Positions 8,292-17,989 of a stretch of DNA of 64,000 nt are shown piece by piece (the first letter of the stretch is position 1; each line of letters opens with the position of its first letter). Source of the stretch: Nanobdellota archaeon (lineage in GTDB: Archaea > Nanobdellota > Nanobdellia > Woesearchaeales > GW2011-AR9); assembly GCA_038044525.1 (NCBI GenBank), contig JBBSZV010000033.1:7131-71130 (forward strand), in the 5' to 3' direction. The translations under genes were made by a program, and so were the position numbers. The notes under the pieces were generated by a model, which worked only from the letters and a program-made list of their open reading frames with translations, was not told where the DNA came from and searched no databases.

Positions 8292-9791
8292 TTGAGCAAA
8301 AGAGGCATTATGGTCAAGTTTAAAGTAAAGGATATGGATATAGCTACAGGAGGAATCTTTGTAGCTATCCTCAATCAGAAAGATGCGCACAAGCTGGACC
8401 TGCATTCCGGCGATCGTATCTTAGTCAAACACAACAGCAAATCCATCACTTGCATTTTAGACATTTCTCAAAGCAATAAAGCGGTTCCTGAAGGAAAAGT
8501 GGGCTTATTTGAAGAAGTTTTAACCAAACTTCATATCAAGCAAGGCGCAGCAGTTGAAGTAAAACTCACTGAAAAGCCGGAATCAGTAAAACATATCCGC
8601 GATAAATTGTTCGGCAAGGAACTTAATTACACGGAATTGTATCACATCACTGATGACATCACTCACGATCGGTTGACCGACATCGAAAAAACTTACTTCG
8701 TGGCTGCATCATTCATCCATAAATTAAGTGTGCGTGAAATAGTATGGCTGACCAAAGCGATGGTGTTGACCGGGCGGCAATTAAAGTTTAAGGGAGTAAC
8801 TTTAGACAAGCACAGTATCGGCGGAGTGCCCGGCAATAGAACTACCATGGTGGTAATTCCTATAGTAGCTGCTGCCGGCTATACCATTCCCAAAACAAGT
8901 TCACGTGCCATCACTTCCCCGGCCGGGACAGCTGACACCATGGAATGTTTAGCAAAAGTAGAATTATCTGAATCCAAAATAAGGCAGATAGTGCGGAAAA
9001 CGGGAGCCTGCATAGTACACGGCGGCTCGATGAATTTAGCTCCTGCCGACGACAAAATAATCGATGTTGAACATCCTCTCTCAATCGATGCCGAAGGGCA
9101 GTTGCTGGCTTCAGTCATGGCCAAAAAACATTCGGTCGGCGCCAATCATGTGCTGATCGATATTCCCATGGGCAGAAGCACTAAAGCGAGAACTAGGAGC
9201 GAAGCAAAGCATCTAAAGAAGATGTTTGAGCTTATCGGAAGGAAGTTAGGCATAAATGTCCGGGTGATAATCACGGACGGCTCGCATCCAATAGGGAATG
9301 GAATAGGGCCGTTGTTAGAAGCTGAGGATGTCATGGCGGTATTACGCAATGATCCTTTAGCGCCGTCAGATCTGAAAGAGAAATCATTGATGATGGCCGG
9401 AATTCTGCTGGAGATGGCCCAGTGCTGCACGGTCGGCGAAGGAAGAAAGCTTGCTCAGGAGATGTTGGAAAGCGGGAAAGCATTAAAGAAAATGGACAAT
9501 ATTATTCTGGCGCAAGGGAAGCAGAAAATGCCGGCATTGGGAAAATACCGTTTCGCGGTTAAAAGCAGCAAATCTGGTAAAATAACTGAAATAGATAATG
9601 AAATTATCGCTAAAATAGCTAGGATAGCTGGGGCTCCAGATGATAAAGGAGCAGGGCTGTACCTGTCAAAGAAAATTAATGTTCACGTGCAGAAGGGGCA
9701 GTTGTTGTACACCATCTATGCAGAAAGCCAGTTCAAATTGGATCGGGCGAAGGAGTTTGCAGCTTCCAATAATGGTTATGCGGTGAAATAA
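8292..9791 (+). CDS. deoA: AMP phosphorylase (archaeal thymidine-phosphorylase-family enzyme with an N-terminal extension).
   Basis: About 500 aa. The N-terminal domain resembles archaeal AMPpase (KFKVKDMDIATGGIFVAILNQKDAHKLDLHSGDRI). The pyrimidine-nucleoside-phosphorylase core contains SIGGVPGNRTTMVV, TSSRAITSPAGTADTME and GGSMNLAPADD. The true start may be the internal M at 8310. Confidence 0.75.
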   Translation: MSKRGIMVKFKVKDMDIATGGIFVAILNQKDAHKLDLHSGDRILVKHNSKSITCILDISQSNKAVPEGKVGLFEEVLTKLHIKQGAAVEVKLTEKPESVKHIRDKLFGKELNYTELYHITDDITHDRLTDIEKTYFVAASFIHKLSVREIVWLTKAMVLTGRQLKFKGVTLDKHSIGGVPGNRTTMVVIPIVAAAGYTIPKTSSRAITSPAGTADTMECLAKVELSESKIRQIVRKTGACIVHGGSMNLAPADDKIIDVEHPLSIDAEGQLLASVMAKKHSVGANHVLIDIPMGRSTKARTRSEAKHLKKMFELIGRKLGINVRVIITDGSHPIGNGIGPLLEAEDVMAVLRNDPLAPSDLKEKSLMMAGILLEMAQCCTVGEGRKLAQEMLESGKALKKMDNIILAQGKQKMPALGKYRFAVKSSKSGKITEIDNEIIAKIARIAGAPDDKGAGLYLSKKINVHVQKGQLLYTIYAESQFKLDRAKEFAASNNGYAVK

Positions 9792-10267
9792 TGAAAAAAA
9801 AATCGTCAAGATACGATCAAGTCGATGTATTGGACGTTTTGAAAAATGAAATCGATGCCGTCGAAGAAACGCTTCGTAAAGTAGAAGAATTTTATAAAAA
9901 GGATATGCGAAAGCTGGACCGGCTTTCCGATAAAATTGCTGAAATCGGCGGCAGCTGGGGATTCATTTTCGGATTCTTTATTTTCCTGGCCATCTGGATA
10001 ATTATCAATACCATCTTCCTGATGGAACGCCCCATAGATCCTTATCCGTTCATTCTTTTGAACCTGTTTATGTCTATGCTGGCTTCCATCCAGGCGCCGG
10101 TAATACTCATGAGCACCAATCGGTCTGCAAGGAGGGATCAGGCCAGACTGGAAATCGATTTAGAGAAAGACTTGCGAGACTTGCATATCGATAGGAGTTC
10201 TCACGTCCTGTTATTAAATATGCATAAAGACATCATCTCCATCAAGAAAAAACTGGGCATGAGATGA
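9791..10267 (+). CDS. DUF1003 family membrane protein.
   Basis: Two TM helices. The DUF1003-like core reads ERPIDPYPFILLNLFMSMLASIQAPVILMSTNRSARRDQ. TAATG overlap with the upstream gene. Confidence 0.6.
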   Translation: MKKKSSRYDQVDVLDVLKNEIDAVEETLRKVEEFYKKDMRKLDRLSDKIAEIGGSWGFIFGFFIFLAIWIIINTIFLMERPIDPYPFILLNLFMSMLASIQAPVILMSTNRSARRDQARLEIDLEKDLRDLHIDRSSHVLLLNMHKDIISIKKKLGMR

Positions 10268-10274
10268 ATCAAAA

Positions 10275-10490
10275 TCCCCACAGCACAAGAAATACAATAT
10301 TGGTTGTATTTCTGTGCAGAAATGAGATATTTTTCTCATTTCTTGCAAGCTGTGGGGTATGAGATGTAACTACAGCTTTGCTATTTAGCGTGGGTATTTT
10401 GGTGCAAAAAGGGATAGATTTCCCTTTTGCACAGAAGGACTTTGTCCTTCTTGTGTTGCTTTCGTATCCCCACTGCAAGCAGTGGGGGTA
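10275..10490. other. Hairpin-dense structured intergenic element (candidate ncRNA or palindromic repeat cluster).
   Basis: Nested inverted repeats CCCCACAGC...GCTGTGGGG enclose two inner hairpins. A 12-bp hairpin follows (GTGCAAAAAGGGA/TCCCTTTTGCAC). Then comes a CCCCACTGCaagGCAGTGGGG hairpin. A T-run/GC-palindrome/T-run follows at 10524-10545. Confidence 0.4.
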
Positions 10491-10618
10491 TACTCATCAA
10501 CAATTAAGGAAGTTCTATCTGCTTTTTTCGCCGGCCGCCGGTTTTCCGACACAAGTTTAAATAGTTTAAATGATGCATTTAAATAAAAATGGAATATTTA
10601 GTCAACTAATCTACTTAA

Positions 10619-10897
10619 GTGATGGGGGTAAGAAAAATGGATCGGAAAGCAGCTATAAAAGAATACGGGAATTTAATCAACCAGGCTAGGGAGGCCAAAT
10701 ATAGATATAATGCTAAGGTTGAGCATAGGTTTGATCCTACTGAAAGAGACAAAGAACTAATAAGGGAATATCATAACCTACGTGCCCAAGCAGCAGAAGT
10801 AGCGCGTTTTGTATATCCAGATTATCGATGGGGTTCTCAGGAAGATTTAGAGAGCGTGGTAATATGTGATATGACCAATTACTTAAAGTGGTGGTAG
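10619..10897 (+). CDS. Hypothetical small protein.
   Basis: 92-aa ORF. The start is uncertain (an internal M lies at residue 7). Confidence 0.3.
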   Translation: MMGVRKMDRKAAIKEYGNLINQAREAKYRYNAKVEHRFDPTERDKELIREYHNLRAQAAEVARFVYPDYRWGSQEDLESVVICDMTNYLKWW

Positions 10898-10909
10898 AAA
10901 GTTTATTCT

Positions 10910-11341
10910 TCACTTCAGTCCGGTGCTGCCGAATCCGCCCCGATTTTCCCGGTTAAATGAATCTACTTCTTCAAACTGCACCTGATCGTAATTCACCAAG
11001 ATCATCTGGGCGATGCGCGTTCCGCGTTCAATGATGACCTCTTTATCGGTAAAATTAAATGCCGCAAAATGATATTCATCGTCATCACCGCAGAAATCCG
11101 CGTCGCCTACTCCGATACTGTTAGCCGCAGTGATGCCTAATTTATGAGTAGAGCTTCTGGGCGCCAGCATCACCCAGGTTCCCGGAGGGATCTCTAAAAC
11201 CACGTTCAGCGGGATGTAAGTAATTTCTTTTGGTTTTATGGCGACGGTCGTTCTGGCATAGACATCGAACCCGGCAGCGCTTTTAGTTTTGTACTGGGGT
11301 AAGGGCAGAGTTCTGTCAAGACGTTTGATGCGGATTTTCAT
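10910..11341 (-). CDS. dut: dUTP diphosphatase / dCTP deaminase-family protein.
   Basis: Contains AAGFDVYA, LAPRSSTHKLGI and IGVGDADFCGDDDEY. The C-terminus is Gly-rich (GGFGSTG), typical of the dUTPase fold. Confidence 0.65.
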   Translation of the reverse strand: MKIRIKRLDRTLPLPQYKTKSAAGFDVYARTTVAIKPKEITYIPLNVVLEIPPGTWVMLAPRSSTHKLGITAANSIGVGDADFCGDDDEYHFAAFNFTDKEVIIERGTRIAQMILVNYDQVQFEEVDSFNRENRGGFGSTGLK

Positions 11342-11380
11342 GGCGACACTTTTTGTATCCTATGCGAGATAAACTTAAGG

Positions 11381-12124
11381 TTATTCCATCTTCCGGCAAA
11401 AAGTTATGAACCCGGTATGTCCCAGCATCTGGAATTCCGGGCGCATGATCTGGTCGTTGATGGCCCATTTGCGTTCCAGCAATTCAACGGTTTCCAAAAC
11501 TTTGAACGAAGTCCCTTTAAGCGAATCGAGGAATCTTTTTACTTGGGTCAAGTTCGGGAGGTAACTGACTAAATATCTTCCGTTCTTCAGCGCTTTTTCC
11601 GCATGGCCGACCGCCCGCCAAGGTTCCGGCAGGTCTAAAGTGATAAGGTCCAGATTTTTCTCCCTGATGCCTTTGTAGATGTCGTCCTGCTTAAGGACCA
11701 CATTCTGCACCCCCGAAAGAGCGATATTCCGATAGACTATCTTGTGGTGTTCCGGGTTTATTTCGTAAACGGTCACTTTCTTGCAGATATTCGCCAAAGC
11801 CAGGCATAACGAGCCGGAACCGCCTCCAGCATCAACTACTTCCCATTCTTTAGCCATCCCGGTCTTGGCCATGATCAATCCGGCGTCTTTCTGCAGGATG
11901 ATCTGCGGCCCGCGCTGGAAATTTTCCCATAGATCGACAAAGGATGCATCCATAAGATGGAATGTTTTACCTGTGCTTGATTTTATCAGGCTTTTTGGGC
12001 CCTTTAAATCCTTGCTCTTGATGGTGCCTGAAGAAGTATAGAAGTCTTCATCAGAATTTTTTATCAGGAATTTCTTGCCGGTCGATGGTTCAATCAGGAT
12101 TTTCGGATCGCTTTTACTGGCCAT
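11381..12124 (-). CDS. trmI: tRNA (adenine57/58-N1)-methyltransferase TrmI (Gcd14 family).
   Basis: VVDAGGGSGSLCLALA is the SAM motif I. The LDLITLDLPEPW signature and NGRYLVSYLPNLTQV are also present. Confidence 0.8.
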   Translation of the reverse strand: MASKSDPKILIEPSTGKKFLIKNSDEDFYTSSGTIKSKDLKGPKSLIKSSTGKTFHLMDASFVDLWENFQRGPQIILQKDAGLIMAKTGMAKEWEVVDAGGGSGSLCLALANICKKVTVYEINPEHHKIVYRNIALSGVQNVVLKQDDIYKGIREKNLDLITLDLPEPWRAVGHAEKALKNGRYLVSYLPNLTQVKRFLDSLKGTSFKVLETVELLERKWAINDQIMRPEFQMLGHTGFITFCRKME

Positions 12125-12159
12125 CTATATTTTAGATGCCTTTTTATTTAAAAATTTAC

Positions 12160-12519
12160 CTAAAATCCGCGTTGTTTAAAGAAATCTCTGATATATCCTG
12201 CGATCAAAGCGTCTTGGCGCAGATGATAGTACGCCCACCAATCAATCTGGGTGTCTCTGAAACTTCGCGGCGGGTCTAACCACAAGTCTTCGTAGACGTG
12301 AAGCCATTCGTGGACTATGGTATGGTCCTCGGCGGCTTTTCCATATCGATATTTGACCGCCGGATTTATGTAGATTATATTTTTGATGGGATTCCATTCC
12401 CCCCAAATATTCCTATGTTCAGTGATCGAATGGTTGCGGTCATAACGCATCTCCGTCCCTTCTGCAATCAGCTCTTCTATCGAATGGCGGTTAAATTGTT
12501 TTAATGGCGAGATGAGCAT
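12160..12519 (-). CDS. Hypothetical protein.
   Basis: 119-aa ORF with no recognisable motif. Confidence 0.3.
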   Translation of the reverse strand: MLISPLKQFNRHSIEELIAEGTEMRYDRNHSITEHRNIWGEWNPIKNIIYINPAVKYRYGKAAEDHTIVHEWLHVYEDLWLDPPRSFRDTQIDWWAYYHLRQDALIAGYIRDFFKQRGF

Positions 12520-12573
12520 AGATCATATCTGTCCGGTCAAAATTTATAAATATACCACTGATAGTCCATATAC

Positions 12574-13113
12574 ATGGCCTTCGACAACGAAAAGAAAACT
12601 TTCCTCTCCAAGACCGATAAAAGCAAGAAGGGGAGCATCGATGCAAAGATCATCCCCCTGCTGAAAACCATCAATGAGAAAAAAGATTATTACACCACTT
12701 CTTCCTGCTCAGGGAGAGCGTATCTTTGGGAAGGTTCCGGTAAAAAATCAGAAACGCAATGGCTGAAAGTGAGCCATGACCCGATAGGGGTGGATTTTTT
12801 TGAGACGGCGGATAAAAGCATGGTGTGGCTGCGGCTGGAAGGTATGATACTGCACGTAGCCTGTCGGGACCTGGAAGCGGCCAATGTTCTCTTGGATAAA
12901 GCGAGGAAATATTACAAGAAGAGTTCCATCCTAAGCGCCAGCAATAAAATAATTGTGGAATTAAGGGGCAGCGAAATCGTAGAGATGCCATTATATAAGG
13001 ATGGCAGATCATTGTTTTCCGGAGATTTAGGCTGGCTGCGGGATTTGATCAACAGTAAATTAAGCCGGATGTGGGGCACTTTAGAAAAGTTCAGAAAAGA
13101 TATTCGGGATTGA
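12574..13113 (+). CDS. taw3: tRNA wybutosine-synthesis protein Taw3 (TYW3 family).
   Basis: Contains the conserved TYW3 motif DYYTTSSCSGRAYLWEG. A length of 179 aa is typical. Confidence 0.6.
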   Translation: MAFDNEKKTFLSKTDKSKKGSIDAKIIPLLKTINEKKDYYTTSSCSGRAYLWEGSGKKSETQWLKVSHDPIGVDFFETADKSMVWLRLEGMILHVACRDLEAANVLLDKARKYYKKSSILSASNKIIVELRGSEIVEMPLYKDGRSLFSGDLGWLRDLINSKLSRMWGTLEKFRKDIRD

Positions 13114-13186
13114 TGCTTAAATTAGATTAAATATTTAAAAAATAAAATGAAGATAATAAAAAAATAAATTTAATAAAAAAGAAGTT

Positions 13187-15574
13187 TTACCTTCTCCTAG
13201 TCAGCAATACTACCATCGACAATACTGAAGCTACTGCCATCAATATTACCAGCACTCCTAAAAGCATGGTGTATTCCCCGCTTTCCCGGAAAGAAGCTTT
13301 TACCACGGGCTGCGCTTGAGCTCTTCTGTATTCCTCAAGGCTTTTCTGCAGTTCGTTTTTCAGCTTCTCGTCAGCGTAATATTCTTTATTTCCGCTGGCG
13401 GTGGATTCACCGAGGCATTCCTTGACTTCCAATTCTACATCTTTGGAAGCGACGACATCGTTGTCATCCAGCACTTCCACCGTCAAGGTGTAGATGTCGG
13501 CATCGGCATAGGTCAATTCCAGATCGAATGTGGTTTCGTATTCGTTATCATTTCCGCTGTAATCTTCCAGATCGATGTTGGATTTGCTCAAATCCAGATT
13601 CAAGTCGTTGCTGCGGACTCTCAGCTTCAGGTTGTTGAATTCCTTATCGCTGTTGTTCTTGATGGTCACGTAAAGGGTGGTTTTAGCCGAGCACTGCAGT
13701 TTGCTGCTGCTCAATTCCGCTTTAGTGATGGCCACTTCTTCGTCCCCGCGGTCAACCTGAACGGTTAAAGTTTCAACCGTAGTGTAATCATTGCTGCCTT
13801 CAGAACCTTCAACAGTGATCTCTAAAGTGTATTCGTTTTCGTCAAGGTCTTCATTCTGAAGATCCAGATCCAAAGTCACGGTCTCTTCGTCGCCGTTTCC
13901 AAGGCTGTCTCCATTTTCAAACAGATCTTTCTCGACGCTTTCAAGGTCATCGCCGTCTGCATCTAAAAGGGCAACGGTCACTCTTACGTCATCCAGATCT
14001 TTAGTATAATCGTTCCTGACTTCAACTTTGATCTCGTTGCTTTCTGACAAGGAAAGACCGCCATTAGTTTTGCCGTTCACTTTGACGCTGGATACTTTCA
14101 GGTAGTTTTTGGGGTGCACTACGATGTTTGCTTCCTTAACTACCGGAGTATCGTTGGCGTCAGTGCCGGTAACTTTCAGTTTTCCAATGACTCCGCCATC
14201 TTCGTCTTCAGGGATATCCAGTTGGATAGTTACTGATGCTTGTTCACCAGCATCAAGAGTTTGTTCCAGAGTGGATAAGCCGTCAGTAAATGCGGCGCCG
14301 TACTTGGAGGCAACATCTACAAATGCAACTTGAACATTTGTCAATTGTTCAGATGAGCCGATGTTTTTGATCGTTACCTGCTTGGTCAAATCGTCCGCTC
14401 CCAATTCCACATCCGCGAAAACAATTTCCGAGATAGTAAAATCAGCCGGGTTGTCAGCGACTTCGACGTTCCATAACTTTTCAAGGTTAACGTCTTGTCC
14501 AGTAATCGAAACTTTTACGGTGTGCTGGCCCAGACTTAAATTAAGGCCGGTCGGGGCAGGATCTAAAACAAAAGTGTTGGTTGCTTCATTTTGCACAGCA
14601 GTATCTACGCTCCACTCGTAGGTTAAATCTAAATCTTGGGGGTTGTTTACCTCGACATTAAACGCTTGGGTTTCCTGCTTGTCAACTACCACCGGACTTT
14701 GTGGAGATGCAGAAGCGATATTCACTATGCAATCTTCTCCGGAAACAGTAAGAGTTTCAGCGTCATATACTTTGTCTGGAAATTGATTCTCACGGTATAC
14801 TTTTAGAGTTAATTGGTGTTGTCCGGTAATCGCCGCAACATTTGCTGGACTTAAGGTAAAAATTACAACTTGGTCTGCCGGATTATTTGATTCCGTTTCA
14901 ATGGTTGTGTTTTGTTCTAAATCCATCCCTAATGCTTGGTTAGTTAAAGTAACTATTACATCGGTAGGATCTTCAAGCCCATTATTGACTAATTTTGCTT
15001 TAACTTGGATGCTCAGTTGTTTTTCCTGACAGGTTAGTTGGCCGATCTTTTCGACGTTTCCAACATATAGCTTGAGATTATCCACAACTACGTTATTTAA
15101 TTTCTGTTCTACTTTTAATAAGAAGCTTTGTGAATCGCCAAACGGATTATTCGCTTCGTCTTCTCCTTCGATATTGAATTCAACGGAGTAAGTCTCTAAT
15201 CCATCAACAGTATCTAAACCTGCCGGAATTTCGTAAGTATAGGTAACTTCCTTTTCTTGATTTGGCAGTAAGTGAGATGGCGCAGGCGTGCTGGGGAAAT
15301 CAGTTAATTCAGCGTCGACAAGCGCAGTAATCACTAAATTTTCGATGGTTACAAGGCCATTATTCTTAACCTTCATCTTAACCGTAATTTCATCTCCCGG
15401 CTGGAAAGCAGCAGTTTCATTTCCGTCATCATACGAAACTAAAGTTTCACCGGTTTTTCCAACTTTTATGTCGGTTATCTCTAAGTTATTCGGAAGAACC
15501 GCAAAAGCGCTCCCGATAGTTATCAGCAATGCAAATATCACCGCTGCCGTAAACATTATTTTTTTGGTTTCCAT
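13187..15574 (-). CDS. Large acidic cell-surface protein with a signal peptide, repeated beta-sandwich (CARDB/Ig-like) domains and a C-terminal TM anchor with a basic tail.
   Basis: The N-terminus reads METKKIMFTAAVIFALLITIGSAFA. The 795-aa sequence is rich in T, D, E and V, with repeats. The C-terminus reads MLLGVLVILMAVASVLSMVVLLTRRR. Confidence 0.6.
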   Translation of the reverse strand: METKKIMFTAAVIFALLITIGSAFAVLPNNLEITDIKVGKTGETLVSYDDGNETAAFQPGDEITVKMKVKNNGLVTIENLVITALVDAELTDFPSTPAPSHLLPNQEKEVTYTYEIPAGLDTVDGLETYSVEFNIEGEDEANNPFGDSQSFLLKVEQKLNNVVVDNLKLYVGNVEKIGQLTCQEKQLSIQVKAKLVNNGLEDPTDVIVTLTNQALGMDLEQNTTIETESNNPADQVVIFTLSPANVAAITGQHQLTLKVYRENQFPDKVYDAETLTVSGEDCIVNIASASPQSPVVVDKQETQAFNVEVNNPQDLDLTYEWSVDTAVQNEATNTFVLDPAPTGLNLSLGQHTVKVSITGQDVNLEKLWNVEVADNPADFTISEIVFADVELGADDLTKQVTIKNIGSSEQLTNVQVAFVDVASKYGAAFTDGLSTLEQTLDAGEQASVTIQLDIPEDEDGGVIGKLKVTGTDANDTPVVKEANIVVHPKNYLKVSSVKVNGKTNGGLSLSESNEIKVEVRNDYTKDLDDVRVTVALLDADGDDLESVEKDLFENGDSLGNGDEETVTLDLDLQNEDLDENEYTLEITVEGSEGSNDYTTVETLTVQVDRGDEEVAITKAELSSSKLQCSAKTTLYVTIKNNSDKEFNNLKLRVRSNDLNLDLSKSNIDLEDYSGNDNEYETTFDLELTYADADIYTLTVEVLDDNDVVASKDVELEVKECLGESTASGNKEYYADEKLKNELQKSLEEYRRAQAQPVVKASFRESGEYTMLLGVLVILMAVASVLSMVVLLTRRR

Positions 15575-15596
15575 TTTTGTTTTAACCTCGCGAGTA

Positions 15597-17015
15597 TTAT
15601 TGTCTTCTAAAAAGCAGGAACAGCATCAGTATGACCATCACTGCTACTACCACGATGGCAATCACCAACAGAGCCATGATGTAATCGCTGGCGCCGTAGG
15701 ATAGTTTCTCTACCGTTTCGACGACTGCGGAAGAAGGCTGGCCGGAAGTATTTTCAGCCTCTACGGCCGGCTTATCCAGCTCTTCAGTATCTTCTTCTGC
15801 CACTTCTTCCTCTTCTGCGACTACCGGCGGTTCAGCGCAGCTCTTGACCGGAAGTTCTAAGCGCTGGTACTGCGAAAGCTGATTGTCATTGATGTACACA
15901 TTAAGGTCAAGGTAATAGGTTTTGGCTTTCGGGTTCTTAAGTTCCAGCGTGAATTCTTGGTTCCAATAATTGTTTTCTTTGGCGTATGGTTTCAGTTCAA
16001 TATTCTGGATAATTTCATTGATCCCCAATTCTGCATTGATTATGGATAATCCGGCAAATTCCTGGTGGTCGGTGCCGAAATTACGCAGTTCAACGTCCAG
16101 ATTAAATTCGGCGTCGCAGATGGTCACTGCTGCCGGCAGGATCTCCGCTTTGACGATGCGGACATCGTCATCATCAAGTTCGATCTCCAGCACCAATTCT
16201 TTTTCGATAGAATATTCGATGCCCTGTCCGTCTTCTGCAGTGATAGTCAGTTCTAAAGTATAGATGTCAGCATCAACATCTTTGCTGATCATGAAAGGGA
16301 TGGTAAATTCCAGGTTTTTTCCCGCTTCTAAGCTGGATTCCGGCAGATATTTGTCTTCCAGAGGCGTTTCAAACAAGTCGTCATCATCAGAATCGAGGGA
16401 TATTTCTATCTCATCTAAACTACCATCGGCTTTAAAATCGTTGTCAAATAAGTTCCGCAGGTAAAAAGTCATGGTTACCGGGGTATAAGGCTTCACTTCA
16501 TCGCCCAGATTGAAAGTGGCCGTGTCCTGATTCTTGAACTCTTCTTTTTGCGTATCGCCGCGGTAATTGACATATCTTATCTCCAGTTCTTTCAATTGCA
16601 GCATGGAAGCGGTATCTTGGTTCAGGTCAATGCTGTCTAATTGATTGTCATTAAGATCCTTGATGACGATAGTCCCGATCTTTTCTGTTCCCTGGTCTTT
16701 TTTATGCGGCACTTCGATGGAAAGCGTCATGCTTTTCCCGTTCTCAGGGATAGCTTCCTCTTTAGGTTCCCAATCATATCCTGAAGGAAGCCCAGTAATC
16801 TCTATCTTAACTGAAGTTGCCGGACCGTCATTGGTGATGGTGAACGCTTCCGTGGTCACCACGATGAAATCATCATCTTCATCCACAAATTGGCTGTAAT
16901 CTACGTTTAAGACCACTTCATTCTCGCTGATGCCCGGTGCGGCAGCAGCAAATGCTGATAAGAATAACATACTAAGTAATACTACAAGAGTGGTGATAAA
17001 TTTAGCTCTGTTCAT
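15597..17015 (-). CDS. Acidic cell-surface protein (signal peptide plus C-terminal TM anchor).
   Basis: Signal peptide MNRAKFITTLVVLLSMLFLSAFAAAA. C-terminus IMALLVIAIVVVAVMVILMLFLLFRRQ. An acidic EEEEVAEEDTEE linker lies before the anchor. Confidence 0.6.
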   Translation of the reverse strand: MNRAKFITTLVVLLSMLFLSAFAAAAPGISENEVVLNVDYSQFVDEDDDFIVVTTEAFTITNDGPATSVKIEITGLPSGYDWEPKEEAIPENGKSMTLSIEVPHKKDQGTEKIGTIVIKDLNDNQLDSIDLNQDTASMLQLKELEIRYVNYRGDTQKEEFKNQDTATFNLGDEVKPYTPVTMTFYLRNLFDNDFKADGSLDEIEISLDSDDDDLFETPLEDKYLPESSLEAGKNLEFTIPFMISKDVDADIYTLELTITAEDGQGIEYSIEKELVLEIELDDDDVRIVKAEILPAAVTICDAEFNLDVELRNFGTDHQEFAGLSIINAELGINEIIQNIELKPYAKENNYWNQEFTLELKNPKAKTYYLDLNVYINDNQLSQYQRLELPVKSCAEPPVVAEEEEVAEEDTEELDKPAVEAENTSGQPSSAVVETVEKLSYGASDYIMALLVIAIVVVAVMVILMLFLLFRRQ

Positions 17016-17114
17016 ATAGCAACGATTAGTTATTTTTGAGTGGTAGTATTTAAGCTTTTTGGAACAAAGTGTTCTTATTTTTTACTAAATTGGGTATGAA
17101 AATAAAATAAAAAA

Positions 17115-17927
17115 TTACTTTTTTTTCCGATTTTTCCGATGTAATAAGCTAAGGGTTAGGATGACCAATAAGAATACGCCCGCAATGGTTCCTAATTTTC
17201 CCGCGGTGCTGGAAGTAACTCCCGTAAATGCTCCAGTAAGAAAATTACTTAAAACATTTTTAGGAACATTAGCTTCCGGTTTACCGGAAATTCCGTCCAG
17301 AGTATCAGATTCCGTTTTTTCTTGAAGGTCGCTTACTTCTCCAGTATTTTCATCTGACTCTTCATCATCAGCTAAATCTATTGTCGGCTTTATTTTTGTT
17401 TTCTTTGAAGATGAGCTGCTGCCCCCTCCGCCGCCTGAAGATCCTCCACTGCTAGGGCTGTCTCCAGTACTGGGGCTTCCGCCGTTATTTCCTGGTGTTT
17501 CCCCTCCAGTATTGGTATCTGTGTTACTTCCAGTATTATTCTCTTCAGGAGGAGTGGTTTCCGGTGCCGGTGCGGTTCCCGGAAAAGTTAGATCAAGATT
17601 AGTAGCATTTCCACTTTGGAAGGTAACTTCCTGGTCTGCATCCACAGCGCCGATATGGAAAGTAACCGTTCCGCCTTGTTCGGGGTCATCAGTTACAATC
17701 AAAGTATCATCTCCATACCCGTACTTGCCATCTTGTACGGTAGAAGTATCTACAGCATTGCCATTTAATTCAGCAGTTATGACCGTTCCATCCGGAACCG
17801 GGGAATCATCACTATACTTTGCAGTTCCGTAGAAAGCGTGTGGAATGACCAGAGCGTACACTGATGCGATAAGCGATAAAATCAGTAATATCGTGAATAT
17901 TGTTTTTTTCATATTCGTTCTCCACAT
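17115..17927 (-). CDS. Small cell-surface protein with a beta-sandwich domain, a Gly/Ser/Thr-rich linker and a C-terminal TM anchor.
   Basis: Signal peptide MKKTIFTILLILSLIASVYA. The low-complexity stretch reads GSPSTGDSPSSGGSSGGGGGSSSS. The C-terminus reads IAGVFLLVILTLSLLHRKNRKKK. Confidence 0.55.
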   Translation of the reverse strand: MWRTNMKKTIFTILLILSLIASVYALVIPHAFYGTAKYSDDSPVPDGTVITAELNGNAVDTSTVQDGKYGYGDDTLIVTDDPEQGGTVTFHIGAVDADQEVTFQSGNATNLDLTFPGTAPAPETTPPEENNTGSNTDTNTGGETPGNNGGSPSTGDSPSSGGSSGGGGGSSSSSKKTKIKPTIDLADDEESDENTGEVSDLQEKTESDTLDGISGKPEANVPKNVLSNFLTGAFTGVTSSTAGKLGTIAGVFLLVILTLSLLHRKNRKKK

Positions 17928-17989
17928 CTACTCCTCTGGGAAATTCGGCTTTACTTTAAAAAATTATGTAAAAAATAAAAAATAAAAAT

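Noticed and set aside
10269-10560. ORF-track ORFs 10269..10478 (-) and 10378..10560 (+).
   Set aside because: They lie entirely within a hairpin-dense palindromic intergenic element. Their sequences are low-complexity and they have no partner signals. I treat them as non-coding.
13316-13768. 150-aa plus-strand ORF inside the 795-aa surface-protein gene. There are many similar antisense ORFs, for example 31812..32579 (255 aa), 47526..48770 (414 aa), 60931..61890 (319 aa) and 33977..34519 (180 aa).
   Set aside because: These are shadow ORFs on the opposite strand of well-supported genes. They are low-complexity (S, F or I-rich) translations caused by the codon bias of the sense gene.
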